A DNA stretch of 64,000 nt, taken from Methanobacteriota archaeon. Its GTDB lineage: Bacteria > Myxococcota > UBA727 > JABDBI01. The notes under the pieces were generated by a model. It worked only from the letters and a program-made list of their open reading frames with translations. It was not told where the DNA came from and searched no databases. The stretch covers positions 880 through 64,879 of the forward strand of contig JABDBI010000002.1 of assembly GCA_013288705.1 (NCBI GenBank), read 5' to 3'. Positions 15,449-25,585 of this stretch are shown one piece after another. The number at the start of each line of letters is the position of its first letter. The stretch's first letter is position 1. Both the position numbers and the translations under genes were made by a program.

Positions 15449-16339
15449 ATGATTTCAGCAGAAGAAAGATATCCTAAACACCACGTCACCGTCCACGGGC
15501 TCAAGATGGCATATGTCGATGAGGGCACAGGTGACCCGATCATCTTTCTTCATGGCAATCCATCGTCATCTTACGAATGGCGTAATGTAATCCCGCATCT
15601 TGTCGGTATGGGTCGCTGCATTGCACCAGATCTTATCGGAATGGGCGACTCGGATAAGCTACCTGATAGCGGGCCATCATCGTATCGCTTTATTGAGCAT
15701 CGCAAATACCTCGACGCGTTTCTTGAGGCACTTGGCGTGCAAAATCGCGTCACTTTGGTGCTTCACGATTGGGGTTCGGCGCTGGGTTTCGATTGGGCTT
15801 ATCGCCATCCGCATGCAATTCGCGCGGTTGCGTACATGGAGTCATTTGTAGCACCGATTGATTCCTGGAAGGAGTGGCCCGAGCAGGCAGTTTCGTTGTT
15901 TCAGACAATACGCTCTGATGCAGGTGAGGCGTTCGTACTGGACAAGAATTTTGTTCTAGAGAATTTATTGCCGGCGGGCGTGCTCAGAAAATTGTCGGAT
16001 GCTGAAATGGCCGTCTACCGTCGTCCTTACAAAAACCCTGGGGAATCGCGGCGCCCAACTTTGACATGGCCACGTGAGATTCCGATCGCAGGTGAGCCAA
16101 AAGACGTCCACGATATCATCCAAACTTACGGTAAATGGCTTGCTTCATCGGATATTCCAAAGCTGTTCATCGAGGCCATCCCCGGTGCGATGTTCAAATC
16201 GCACAGGGATTTTGCTCGAACATGGCCAAACCAGACGCACATAAAAATTACAGGTAGCCACTTTGTGCAGGAAGACTCTCCGGACGAAACAGGGGCAGCG
16301 ATCGCTACATGGCTACAAGGTCTACTTGATCGCCGATAG
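15449..16339 (+). CDS. haloalkane dehalogenase-family alpha/beta hydrolase
   Basis: FLHGNPSSSYEWRNVIPHL, DLIGMGDSDK, nucleophile elbow LVLHDWGSALG, C-terminal GSHFVQEDSP. GGAGAG RBS before ATG 15449. Confidence 0.85.
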   Translation: MISAEERYPKHHVTVHGLKMAYVDEGTGDPIIFLHGNPSSSYEWRNVIPHLVGMGRCIAPDLIGMGDSDKLPDSGPSSYRFIEHRKYLDAFLEALGVQNRVTLVLHDWGSALGFDWAYRHPHAIRAVAYMESFVAPIDSWKEWPEQAVSLFQTIRSDAGEAFVLDKNFVLENLLPAGVLRKLSDAEMAVYRRPYKNPGESRRPTLTWPREIPIAGEPKDVHDIIQTYGKWLASSDIPKLFIEAIPGAMFKSHRDFARTWPNQTHIKITGSHFVQEDSPDETGAAIATWLQGLLDRR

Positions 16340-16939
16340 ACCACGGCTTTGGAGCGTTCGTTGAACCATTACCCGAAAGACTTTGACAAGCTTGTCATGG
16401 ACCGCTTCATCTTCAATAATTCCTAGCGCTCTGGCAATGGCTTCAAAAGTTGCCAGCCCGTTTTCTTTTGGTTCACGACGAAGTTTGTACGCAGAGACTT
16501 GTCCGGCTGGTAACATGACGCGAGGAATGTCCTTAAGGGCGATTTCTCTGTTGGCAACTTTTGAAGCTTGCCGCCAGCTTCCATCCGGCACGATTAATTG
16601 GATAGGCTTCTTAAACTGCTTCAAATAATCTTTACTCAGGACATTAGCCCCCTCATCTGGATAAAGAAAAAGAGGTTGTCTATCGTCTGCAATGAGTTCA
16701 CTTAGTTGAAGCGTCTCGTTTGGAAGTCCTCGCAAAAAGAAATCGCAGTTTGGAATGCAAAGAGCTGCTAGTCTCGCCGTGTTCGTTGTAATATAGCGTT
16801 CTCGATGGTGCATGATAATCGTCGTTTGCGTTTGGATCGCAAGAGAAGCTTTACAAGTAGCAGCACTTTCACAAAGGCAAAGTTCTTTTCTCATCTTGCA
16901 ATGCGGGCATCGGGAATCATGTTTTTTAATTCGGTTCAT
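16322..16939 (-). CDS. DTW-domain tRNA-uridine aminocarboxypropyltransferase-like protein
   Basis: N-terminal CPHC...CLC Cys pairs and LIVPDGSWRQASKV (DTW-type motif). Confidence 0.75.
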   Translation of the reverse strand: MNRIKKHDSRCPHCKMRKELCLCESAATCKASLAIQTQTTIIMHHRERYITTNTARLAALCIPNCDFFLRGLPNETLQLSELIADDRQPLFLYPDEGANVLSKDYLKQFKKPIQLIVPDGSWRQASKVANREIALKDIPRVMLPAGQVSAYKLRREPKENGLATFEAIARALGIIEDEAVHDKLVKVFRVMVQRTLQSRGLSAIK

Positions 16940-16956
16940 AGGAAATAGGGGTCACC

Positions 16957-17502
16957 ATGGATGATATTCACGCGATACTCAAATTCTGGTTTGAAGACAT
17001 CGAATCTTCGAAATGGTGGATACAAGACACGGTATTTGACGAAGAGATTCGTCGACGTTTCTTGACTATTCACCAAAAGGCCACACGTTGCGAGTTAGAC
17101 GCCTGGCGCGACACTCCCGAAGGCGCATTGGCGGAAATCATTGTCCTCGATCAATTCTCGCGCAACATGTTTCGCGGCCAACCTCAGAGTTTTGCATGGG
17201 ATCCTCTCGCATTGGCCTTGGCGCAATCTGCCATACGACTCCAATATGATCAAGAGCTCGATGCAGCTCGGCGTTTGTTTATCTATATGCCTTTTATGCA
17301 CAGCGAGTCGCGGGAAATCCATGCGGTTGCTAAGATGCTATTTGCACAAGAAGGTCTCGAAAATAACGAGAAGTTTGAGATAGAGCACAAGCAGATTATC
17401 GACCGGTTTGGGCGCTACCCACATCGCAACCGCGTGTTGGGCCGGCAATCGACGCCGGATGAGATTGAATTTCTGCACGCCCCAATCAAACAGGATTACT
17501 AA
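16957..17502 (+). CDS. DUF924 family protein
   Basis: ILKFWFEDIESSKWW...LDQFSRNMFRG...RYPHRN pattern typical of DUF924. Confidence 0.75.
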   Translation: MDDIHAILKFWFEDIESSKWWIQDTVFDEEIRRRFLTIHQKATRCELDAWRDTPEGALAEIIVLDQFSRNMFRGQPQSFAWDPLALALAQSAIRLQYDQELDAARRLFIYMPFMHSESREIHAVAKMLFAQEGLENNEKFEIEHKQIIDRFGRYPHRNRVLGRQSTPDEIEFLHAPIKQDY

Positions 17503-17503
17503 A

Positions 17504-18022
17504 ATGCTCTGCATAATTGCCATTGTTCTTTTTCTGATTTCTGTTCCTCGCGAGGGACTCGCTGCCAACGAATCCATCGCGGACATGGGCAGCACAGGAA
17601 TCTCCGCCAGTAGCGATACCGACTCCCTCGCCGGAATGTTTGCGGGAATGTTTCTCACTTTAGGTGCTGGTTATCTCGCAACAGACTGGGTTAGCAGCGC
17701 TGCTAACCGCACACAGTTACAATCCCGCAGCAGAAAAGCTGCTTTCGCGGCACCATTGGCGTTTGGCATTTCTTTGGCCGGATTTGTCACGGGTGTCCTG
17801 ACGGCTAAGAAAGAGGAGCAAAAACTCACGCCGGGCCAATCCAGAGCGAAATTAACGCGGATGGGTGCAGTGGTGGGTAGCGCACTGGCAGTGGTTCTTT
17901 TTAGTGTCCCCGCTTATTATGGCTTAGCCACCGATGATGTGTTTCTCGATTTTCGCAAAGCCTTGTTGGGAATCGCTACCGCAGCGATAGGAATCGCATT
18001 TCTGGCAGAGGGCTATTTCTGA
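17504..18022 (+). CDS. hypothetical membrane protein
   Basis: Signal/anchor MLCIIAIVLFLISVP plus 3-4 hydrophobic helices. The start lies 1 nt after the DUF924 stop. Confidence 0.55.
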   Translation: MLCIIAIVLFLISVPREGLAANESIADMGSTGISASSDTDSLAGMFAGMFLTLGAGYLATDWVSSAANRTQLQSRSRKAAFAAPLAFGISLAGFVTGVLTAKKEEQKLTPGQSRAKLTRMGAVVGSALAVVLFSVPAYYGLATDDVFLDFRKALLGIATAAIGIAFLAEGYF

Positions 18023-18333
18023 TTCTTAGGCAAGGGCAATTCTCCCGCCGTGATTCTGATGAGATGAGCCAGCCATTCCCGATCATCCCATTTGTCGCCC
18101 GAAATCAAGAGATACGGTTTCGCGCCAGGGTACGGACAGCCCTCAACGAACGCACCGATAAACGCCTTGCCAGCCTTGGTAGGTTTGACAAATAGTTCAT
18201 CATCACAAACAAAGGCCACAGTCTTCTCGTCGCAGTAGATACCGTATTCTCCAAACATCTTTCTTGCACGAACCTCTCCTGCTTCTGCGATTTGTTCAAG
18301 AATAAAATCAACGGTGCTTTGCTGAGATCCCAT
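18013..18333 (-). CDS. TfoX N-terminal domain protein
   Basis: VDFILEQIAEAGEVRARKMFGEYGIYCDEKTVAFVCDDELFVKPT. Confidence 0.7.
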   Translation of the reverse strand: MGSQQSTVDFILEQIAEAGEVRARKMFGEYGIYCDEKTVAFVCDDELFVKPTKAGKAFIGAFVEGCPYPGAKPYLLISGDKWDDREWLAHLIRITAGELPLPKNQK

Positions 18334-18919
18334 AATGTGTCCTATCGCATGAAGCCAACACCCGATCCAGTTGATTAGCAAACGCTTGCCGATCCTTCAA
18401 TCCGAGCGTCTTCGGCCCCCCAGAAATTGCCCCACTATCCCGCAAGTCTGCCATCAAATTGCGCGTCGCTAAATGATCTTTGATGTTTTCTTTGGTATAC
18501 AACTCGCCTCTTGGATTTAAGGCAAGCGCATCTTTTGTAATGACCGCGTCAGCGAGCGGAATGTCGGCTGTAACGACAAGATCCCCTGCGCGCACTTCTT
18601 CTATAATTCTGCTGTCTGCGACGTCAAATCCATGTGACACTTGAATGATGCTCACCAGCCCAGACTGAGGAAGCCGAATGGGTGCATTGGCCACAAGAAT
18701 GACTTGCGTCTTAGTTCGCTCAGCGGCGCGGAATACAATTTCCTTCACCACATTTGGGCAAGCGTCTGCATCAATCCATATACGCAAATTCTTTTCCTTT
18801 ACACGGTAAGGGCAGTGCCTGCATCCATTTTGGCAGCAGTAGCCTCTTTTGAGATGATGCAGCTCCGTGAATACATATAAACCGTTCTCATCGATGTAAT
18901 GATCCTCATCTTTATCCAT
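18308..18919 (-). CDS. DUF5522-like Cys motif fused to YaiI/YqxD (UPF0178) domain
   Basis: N-terminus FTELHHLKRGYCCQNGCRHCPY, then IWIDADACPNVVKEIVFRAAERT...VTADIPLA. Confidence 0.7.
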   Translation of the reverse strand: MDKDEDHYIDENGLYVFTELHHLKRGYCCQNGCRHCPYRVKEKNLRIWIDADACPNVVKEIVFRAAERTKTQVILVANAPIRLPQSGLVSIIQVSHGFDVADSRIIEEVRAGDLVVTADIPLADAVITKDALALNPRGELYTKENIKDHLATRNLMADLRDSGAISGGPKTLGLKDRQAFANQLDRVLASCDRTHYGISAKHR

Positions 18920-19066
18920 TTTTAAGACTCTTGCTTGAGTGGCCTTATAATCGCATGAGGTATATCCCGCAAATATTCTCGAAGCTCAGAGGTTGAGTAT
19001 TTCTTCATTTATTTCACCGCGTATAAAACAGGCTATGGCGCGATTATACATGTCAGAGGGCGGGTG

Positions 19067-19429
19067 TCATCTGCTAATTACATGCAAATATTGGGTTCCA
19101 TTCGAGTCAGTGAGCGTTTGTTCATCGAGCGATAGTGTATAGCTATCTGTGTAGGGACCACAATCTGAAGACACGAATTTACCTTGTGTTCCAACAGCCA
19201 TTCGATAGGAGCATATCATTGGAGGATTGCCTTCAAGTACACTGTTGTCGTTAACCATTTGCCCATTCTCCCTAAATGCTAGACAGATCGAAACTCTCAC
19301 AGATCCACCGGGCGGCACACTTGTCACGCGGGTATGACAATAGGTACGCTCGGCAAGCGCATCGGTGTGCGCAGTAAGTCCAACGGTGAGTGATATGACG
19401 ACACAAAAAAACGCGAGTACTCTGTTCAT
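19067..19429 (-). CDS. small secreted hypothetical protein
   Basis: Signal peptide MNRVLAFFCVVISLTVGLTAHTDALA. 120 aa with 4 Cys. Confidence 0.55.
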   Translation of the reverse strand: MNRVLAFFCVVISLTVGLTAHTDALAERTYCHTRVTSVPPGGSVRVSICLAFRENGQMVNDNSVLEGNPPMICSYRMAVGTQGKFVSSDCGPYTDSYTLSLDEQTLTDSNGTQYLHVISR

Positions 19430-19522
19430 GTCGGTTATAGGTCGGATGCATTAATTTTGGCGAAGGAGGCCTAAAAGCACCGTTGCACGCTATTGATACC
19501 CAGGCCACATAACGGAGTATGC

Positions 19523-20746
19523 ATGATCAGCATTTGGAGTATCGCTGCCTTAGCACCAGTGTTCTGGGGTTTACTCATGGGCGGAGACTTTACCCAGAAG
19601 TTCTACAAACCACCACGACGTGCTGCGCTCTGGACCTATCGCTATCGTTGGGGGTTCATCGGCCTCAGTGCAATGCTCTTGAGTTTTGGGTTTTGGCAAT
19701 TTGGAGGTGGCTCTCATACTTGGGCGTTGACCCTTACCACCATGCTTGCAGTCTTTTTTGCGTTCGCGGGCTTTTTTGTTGTCCCCTACGTCATCTTTCC
19801 AACTTTTACCCATCGCATCCCGTGGAAGCCAGCTCTGGAGATATCCTCCGACGAACTGTCAGATAACGATGAAGTCATTGGCCTCGAGATCAACGGCGAT
19901 GCACGCGCCTATCCAGTCTCGTGGATTGTGCGTCCTCACGTCGTTCATGACACCGTCGGTGGCGAGCCGATTGCAATGACCTATTGCGGGCTCAGCCACC
20001 TGGCGCGGTCGTTTGGCTCAAAAGAGAATAATGGCCAGCTCCGTTTTCAAGTCTATTTGCAGATTGAAAATAATCTTGTTCTTTACGACAACGAATCGCA
20101 CGGATTTGTGCAGCAAATCGAAGGAACGCTTGATGGCGGAAAGAGCGCAGGGAGGCAGTTAACTGAATATCCGTCGCGAATTATGTCTTGGAAGTCGTGG
20201 AGAAACCTTTACCCGCATACGCGTGTGTTCTACAATCCTGCGTGCTCAAGTCTTGATCGAGGCGTGCGTAGACTTGTGCAAAAGATACTCGGACATCAAT
20301 TCAATGCTGATACACCTTATTTCCCGACGATAAAACGTTTTGACTCTCGTCTTCATCCAAAAGCGCCAGTGATTGGTCTTCTCATTAATGGAAGGCCGAA
20401 GGCGTATGGCCTCGATTTTCTGCGTAAACATATGGTGATCAACGATACAGTGGCAGGAAAGCCAGTGCTCGTGGTTCACGATCCTGTGACAGAGGTGACC
20501 GAGGTATTTCAGCGCCCAGAGAAAGACGGCGGCGCGATGGAAATCGATGCTGCGTCAAGTGGCCACGGTTTCAAGTTGTTTTGCAAAGCAACAGGAACTG
20601 AGTGGAATATCAAGGGCGAGGTGGTTAAAGGCGATGGCCAGGCGCTTCAACCTAAGGCACATGCCAGCAAGATTCTGTGGATGATTTGGTATAATTTTTA
20701 TCCGCATACCGAGCTGGCATTTGATCGGATTTCTCTTTTACAGTGA
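19523..20746 (+). CDS. DUF3179 domain membrane protein
   Basis: VIGLEINGDARAYPVSWIVRPHVVHDTVGGEPIAMTYCGLSH. N-terminal TM helices. GGAG RBS before ATG 19523. Confidence 0.75.
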   Translation: MISIWSIAALAPVFWGLLMGGDFTQKFYKPPRRAALWTYRYRWGFIGLSAMLLSFGFWQFGGGSHTWALTLTTMLAVFFAFAGFFVVPYVIFPTFTHRIPWKPALEISSDELSDNDEVIGLEINGDARAYPVSWIVRPHVVHDTVGGEPIAMTYCGLSHLARSFGSKENNGQLRFQVYLQIENNLVLYDNESHGFVQQIEGTLDGGKSAGRQLTEYPSRIMSWKSWRNLYPHTRVFYNPACSSLDRGVRRLVQKILGHQFNADTPYFPTIKRFDSRLHPKAPVIGLLINGRPKAYGLDFLRKHMVINDTVAGKPVLVVHDPVTEVTEVFQRPEKDGGAMEIDAASSGHGFKLFCKATGTEWNIKGEVVKGDGQALQPKAHASKILWMIWYNFYPHTELAFDRISLLQ

Positions 20747-21340
20747 AATACGCGCACCGATGATCCCGATCGCTGAACTGATATTTGCGTCGCGCGTGGG
20801 GCCGTTAACCGGAAAAGCGACATTGGCCTGTGCTCCGATGTCGAGCGCGACATGTCGATTAAATCCGATCAAAACACCAACCTGTGGTCCGACGCTGAGA
20901 GCCCAAGATTGGGGAATAGGGCCGGTAGGGGAAAAGCCTCCGGGTATCCAATTGGCTCTGATAGATGCCTGGATATAGGGGTAAATTGGACTCTCATTCG
21001 CAAAAACGTAGAAAAGGCCAGGACCAAACGAAGCGAAGTTGTTCGCGGTGGCGGTAAAAGCGAAATGTCCCTGGGTGTCAAAAATGACAGCTAGATTGTC
21101 GATAAGGAAATAACCAAAACTAAGGTACATTTCTGCTGACCAATTCGTATCCGAATAATTTTTGAGAGATGCAGGACTGAAAACGAGCCCATAATTAATC
21201 GTCGTACCGCCATATGCCATTCTGGTGCCCTGTGAGACTTTAAATGGTTCAGGTTTTTGCGCAAGCGCGTTCGAAGGTGCTAAAACAAATGCGCTGAGCG
21301 CGAGGCAAAAGAGGCTGCTACAGATCAGTTTGCGAATCAT
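20738..21340 (-). CDS. outer-membrane beta-barrel (OmpA-like 8-strand / porin-family) protein
   Basis: Signal peptide MIRKLICSSLFCLALSAFVLAPSNALA, alternating beta-strand pattern, Gly/aromatic rich. Confidence 0.65.
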   Translation of the reverse strand: MIRKLICSSLFCLALSAFVLAPSNALAQKPEPFKVSQGTRMAYGGTTINYGLVFSPASLKNYSDTNWSAEMYLSFGYFLIDNLAVIFDTQGHFAFTATANNFASFGPGLFYVFANESPIYPYIQASIRANWIPGGFSPTGPIPQSWALSVGPQVGVLIGFNRHVALDIGAQANVAFPVNGPTRDANISSAIGIIGARISL

Positions 21341-21439
21341 GGAATTTCTCCAGTCACGAGGGTGGAACTTTTTTTTCACTAGTTTCTTCTTCCATTTTCG
21401 ATGTGTTGTCCAGCGAATATTTTTGCTATAGCCAAGAAT

Positions 21440-22117
21440 ATGAATCACTTGGTCAGAAGAATTTCACTTGCCTTTGCGCGTCTTATCGCCGGCTTAGGCA
21501 TCTTTCTCCTCGTACCGGCGTGGACGCTTGATTTTTGGCAGGCATGGCTCTACGCGTTCATTGTTGTCATGTCTGCCGCCTTGATCACCATGTATTTGTG
21601 GAAAAGGGATCTCAAGCTCCTAAAACGTCGAATGCATGGAGTCTTGGGATCCGAGAAAGAAGCAAGCCAAAGGCGCATCCAGTTTCTCGTATTAGTGATC
21701 TGTATCAGTGTCCTTGTGCTTTCTTCACTTGATCATCGCTTCTCATGGTCACATGTTCCGTTCCAAGTGGTGATTGTCGGGGACGTTTTGGTTGCGCTTG
21801 GGTTTTTCATTATCTTCATTGTTTTTAAAGAAAATACGTTTGCCGCGGCGATTATTGAGCTAGCGACTGATCATCGCGTCATTTCAACCGGACCTTATGC
21901 GATTGTTCGTCACCCCATGTACACGGGTGACCTCATTCTGCTATTCGGTACACCGCTTGCGCTTGGATCCATGTGGGCGCTGTTCTTGTTTGTCCCCATT
22001 ACGCTTGTCATTGTTTGGCGTCTTGTTGATGAGGAGAAGTTTCTGGTGCAGAATTTGCGGGGATATTCAGAATATTGCCGGAAGGTTCGCTACCGCCTCA
22101 TCCCGCTTTTATACTGA
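21440..22117 (+). CDS. isoprenylcysteine carboxyl methyltransferase (ICMT/PEMT)-family membrane methyltransferase
   Basis: RVISTGPYAIVRHPMYTGDLILLFGTPLALGS. Alternative start at 21401. Confidence 0.75.
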   Translation: MNHLVRRISLAFARLIAGLGIFLLVPAWTLDFWQAWLYAFIVVMSAALITMYLWKRDLKLLKRRMHGVLGSEKEASQRRIQFLVLVICISVLVLSSLDHRFSWSHVPFQVVIVGDVLVALGFFIIFIVFKENTFAAAIIELATDHRVISTGPYAIVRHPMYTGDLILLFGTPLALGSMWALFLFVPITLVIVWRLVDEEKFLVQNLRGYSEYCRKVRYRLIPLLY

Positions 22118-22573
22118 CATCGAGCTTTGCAGTCCTTCGAGTAATGGCCCAAGAGCTGCAACCATCAGAATGCCTAGCAACGCAACAACAATGACAACCA
22201 CCGTCCATGCAATTTTTGCTCCACGCGAAAAACGCTGGCTTTGCCATAGCAAGGGAAGTGCGAATGGCCCCACGGCGACGAGCATCCCAATCACGTACCA
22301 AACTGCGTCGCCATTGAATGGGCTCGCTGTTCCATTGGCCACCCGATAAGCATCTCTCGCCGAGGGAAGCAATACTGCTAAGTAAACTACACCCATCAAA
22401 AGGAATGTTGTGTCGGACGCGAAGACGACGGAGCTGACGATAATTCCCAAGACAATGGCAAGGAGGGAAAAGCCCTTTGGTCGTTCTGCGTTATAGAGCT
22501 GGCCCAAACCTGGGACAGCAATTGAAAGTAGAAGGGCAATCCATGGCTTTTTTTGATTGGCAGTGGTCATCAA
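22109..22573 (-). CDS. hypothetical membrane protein
   Basis: 154 aa, four hydrophobic helices, PGLGQLYN motif. Confidence 0.5.
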   Translation of the reverse strand: MMTTANQKKPWIALLLSIAVPGLGQLYNAERPKGFSLLAIVLGIIVSSVVFASDTTFLLMGVVYLAVLLPSARDAYRVANGTASPFNGDAVWYVIGMLVAVGPFALPLLWQSQRFSRGAKIAWTVVVIVVALLGILMVAALGPLLEGLQSSMSV

Positions 22574-22584
22574 GCTATAATAGC

Positions 22585-23628
22585 TCAGAGATCGTTGGTC
22601 ATCAACACCTTGAGTGCACAGTGTTTAGCTGCATTGGCAAAGATGTTATAACCTTCAATAATCTCGCTCATTTTCATGTAGTGACTGATGAGTTTTCGGG
22701 GCTGTAGTCTTCCCGAAATTATGGTCTTCATCAACATGGGGATGGTCGTCGTGTGAACCAATCCCGCCGTCATGGTAAAATTGCGTTTCCACATATGCTC
22801 GAGATGCAATGTCACCGATTTGCCGTGTACGCCCAAGACTGCAAGATTGCCACCCGCAGCAACCATGGCTTCGGAGAGATCCCAGCCCGCTGGGGTGCCA
22901 ATTGCTTCGATCACAACGTCAACGCCTTGGCCCTCGGTCAGGTTCATGACTTGCTCGACAGCGGTGTTATCTTGGTTGTTGACGGCATGTGTTGCGCCGA
23001 GGGATCGACTGATCTCGAGCCGATTTGGATCAACATCGATGGTGATGAGCTGTGCGGGTGCGTAAAACTGTGCGGTTATCAAGGCAGCAAGGCCTACCGG
23101 TCCAGCCCCAACGATGGCAACCGAGCATCCGGGGCGCACCTTGCCATCTAACACCCCCACCTCGAGGCCGGTGGATAGAATATCGCTGAGCATGACAAAG
23201 CCCTGTTCATCGGCATGATCGGGCACGTGATAAAGACTGCCGTCAGCGTGGGGAATGCGGACACGTTCTGCTTGGCAGCCATTGATAGTGTTGCCCAAGA
23301 TCCATCCACCATCGGAGCAGTGCCCGTAAAAGCCTTTGCGGCAATTGAGGCACTTGCCACAAGAAGTGATGCAGGAGATTAGGACTTTGTCACCGATTTT
23401 AAAGTTGGTCACATTGTTGCCAAGCTCTTCGACGATTCCCACGCCCTCGTGGCCGAGGGTCACGCCTTTGTGCGCTGTCGGCACGCTCCCGCGCATGATG
23501 TGTAAGTCGGTGCCACAGATGGTGGTGTGTTTGATGTGGACAATGGCGTCGGTTGATTTGTCGAGTATGGGCGTCGGCTTGTCTTCCCAGGCTTTTTCGC
23601 CAGCGCCGTAGAATACGAGAGCTTTCAT
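22585..23628 (-). CDS. zinc-dependent alcohol dehydrogenase
   Basis: ICGTDLH, GHEGVGIVEELG, structural-zinc Cys cluster CGKCLNCRKGFYGHC, Rossmann VAIVGAGPVG. Confidence 0.9.
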   Translation of the reverse strand: MKALVFYGAGEKAWEDKPTPILDKSTDAIVHIKHTTICGTDLHIMRGSVPTAHKGVTLGHEGVGIVEELGNNVTNFKIGDKVLISCITSCGKCLNCRKGFYGHCSDGGWILGNTINGCQAERVRIPHADGSLYHVPDHADEQGFVMLSDILSTGLEVGVLDGKVRPGCSVAIVGAGPVGLAALITAQFYAPAQLITIDVDPNRLEISRSLGATHAVNNQDNTAVEQVMNLTEGQGVDVVIEAIGTPAGWDLSEAMVAAGGNLAVLGVHGKSVTLHLEHMWKRNFTMTAGLVHTTTIPMLMKTIISGRLQPRKLISHYMKMSEIIEGYNIFANAAKHCALKVLMTNDL

Positions 23629-25019
23629 GCGCGCGCCTCACTTAGCAATTGCTCGGCAAATTGGATTTTCTCTTCTTTGCTCATCTTCTTAGTTTCGTTG
23701 TTCAGCGCGCGCGTGTTGATGGATTTGTTCCAATAATCGAGAGAATCAAAGCCAAGGAGTGAAGACTTACCAACAAACTGACGCAAAATTTCGTTGCTTG
23801 GGCCCATGACCCACCCAGCCTTGGCATCTCGCAGAAGCCGCGCCATGCCCAGACCTTCTTTGAATGCGCTGCCGCCACAGGCGTGCAACATTTTATCGCT
23901 GACGTTGGCGACGTTTTTGGCAGCCGAGAATTTCACCATCCACAACCAATGGAGCACAGTGGAGCGTGGAAGTGTTTGAATATCGTCGTGAATGGACCAG
24001 TCGCAGTTATTGGTCAGCTTGTCGAGTGTTTGCGCCATGAAGTAGTCAAGTGAGCGGCTGGTCGAGGTATCCATAATCGCTTCACCGAAGTAATCTTGAA
24101 TGGTCGGGTAGTCGCACACGCGCATCCCAACATCGGCGTGCTTTTTCTTGGTGACGTGTGCTTTGGCCATATCGATCATGCCAAGGGAGATGCCGTTCCA
24201 ACATGCCGAGGAGAGAGCAAGAAAGAAGGGATCGACAGTTTCATCGTTGGAGCGTGCCCCATCTCCGACAGGTCCAACCAAACGATCTTGAGCGATGGTG
24301 ATGTTGTCGACTTCCAAAGTCCCTGATTGATTGCCCCGTAGGCCCATGCCATCCCAGCCTCCTGGACGGGCGATGACTTCTTTATCGGTCACGACAAAGC
24401 AGGAGAGATTTGCGTAATCACCATTAAAGTCTGGACTGGTGGTTTGAATGACGTACCAATCAGCAAAGCCAGCAGATGTGGTCCATGCGGCCTTTTTACG
24501 CACTTTCCAGCCACCGTCCACTTTTTCTGCTCCGGACGAGATGGGGTACCAAAAGTGTCCGCCTGTCTCTGGATCGGAATAAGACAGAGTGCCAACCAGC
24601 GTTTCTTTATCGAGCCTACACAAAATATCTTTGATGAAGTCATTGTGGTGGTGACGTAAAAGCAGCGACGCGACAGCTCCATAATGCATTGTCAAGCACA
24701 TCGCTGTAGAAGGGCAGGCGTAGCGTGCGATGGTCTCGACGACCATGACCGCTGCAGTATGGTTTTGCCCGAGGCCACCGAGTTCCTTCGGTACAAAAAG
24801 CCCGAGAAGACCTAACTTTGCCAACGTTTCAAAATTTTTGCGCGGAAACAAATACTGCTTATCCGACTCGATGGCATTGGCACGCATGCTCGTGCATGCA
24901 GCCTCAATGAGATCAGATTGAATGCGTTTTTGCTCGGGCGTGAAAAGCCATTGCGGGTCGTATTCGAAACCTAGGCCCCAAAATGTTTCTTTTCCCCACA
25001 TTTTTGTATCGACACTCAT
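23625..25019 (-). CDS. acyl-CoA dehydrogenase-fold flavin-dependent oxygenase component
   Basis: ACAD-like fold over the full length. AGGAGA RBS before ATG 25019. The track start at 25091 would overlap the divergent reductase gene. Confidence 0.7.
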   Translation of the reverse strand: MSVDTKMWGKETFWGLGFEYDPQWLFTPEQKRIQSDLIEAACTSMRANAIESDKQYLFPRKNFETLAKLGLLGLFVPKELGGLGQNHTAAVMVVETIARYACPSTAMCLTMHYGAVASLLLRHHHNDFIKDILCRLDKETLVGTLSYSDPETGGHFWYPISSGAEKVDGGWKVRKKAAWTTSAGFADWYVIQTTSPDFNGDYANLSCFVVTDKEVIARPGGWDGMGLRGNQSGTLEVDNITIAQDRLVGPVGDGARSNDETVDPFFLALSSACWNGISLGMIDMAKAHVTKKKHADVGMRVCDYPTIQDYFGEAIMDTSTSRSLDYFMAQTLDKLTNNCDWSIHDDIQTLPRSTVLHWLWMVKFSAAKNVANVSDKMLHACGGSAFKEGLGMARLLRDAKAGWVMGPSNEILRQFVGKSSLLGFDSLDYWNKSINTRALNNETKKMSKEEKIQFAEQLLSEARA

Positions 25020-25089
25020 CCCGTCTCCTGCATCAAAGTCGACGTGACAACCTAATTGCCACCGTTGCTTATTCCGGTTAAAAAAGCGC

Positions 25090-25578
25090 ATGAGCCAAAA
25101 TCATAAAGATCTGCGTAAAACGTTAGGCTGCTTTGCCACAGGTGTGACGATCATCACGGCGCTGGGTCCGAAGAAGGAGCTGATTGGAATCACAGCCAAC
25201 TCGTTTAGTGCTGTCTCGCTTGATCCGCCGTTAATACTCTTTAGTTTGCAAAAAAAAGCGTTGAGTTTGGTCGCATTTTTGTCGACGCATCATTTTGCGG
25301 TGCATGTTTTGCGTGAGGATCAACATAGCCTCTCCGATCGCTTTGCCCGGGCACAGTCGGAGAAATGGGCAGGCGTTGACTACCTCGTGGACGATCGTGG
25401 CTACCCAGTCCTGCGCGATGCACTTGCCGTCTTTGCATGCAGGACACATCACACGTACAATGGTGGAGACCATATTATTTTCGTGGGCGAAGTGCTGGAC
25501 ACCATTGCCGATACGTCGGGGAAGCCATTGGTTTTTTATCAAGGCCGTTATTGCAAGCTGCTGGATAGCGCGATTTGA
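25090..25578 (+). CDS. flavin reductase (NAD(P)H:flavin oxidoreductase)
   Basis: LGCFATGVTIITA...ITANSFSAVSLDPPLILFSL...GGDHIIFVGEV. Confidence 0.85.
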   Translation: MSQNHKDLRKTLGCFATGVTIITALGPKKELIGITANSFSAVSLDPPLILFSLQKKALSLVAFLSTHHFAVHVLREDQHSLSDRFARAQSEKWAGVDYLVDDRGYPVLRDALAVFACRTHHTYNGGDHIIFVGEVLDTIADTSGKPLVFYQGRYCKLLDSAI

Positions 25579-25585
25579 TATTGTC

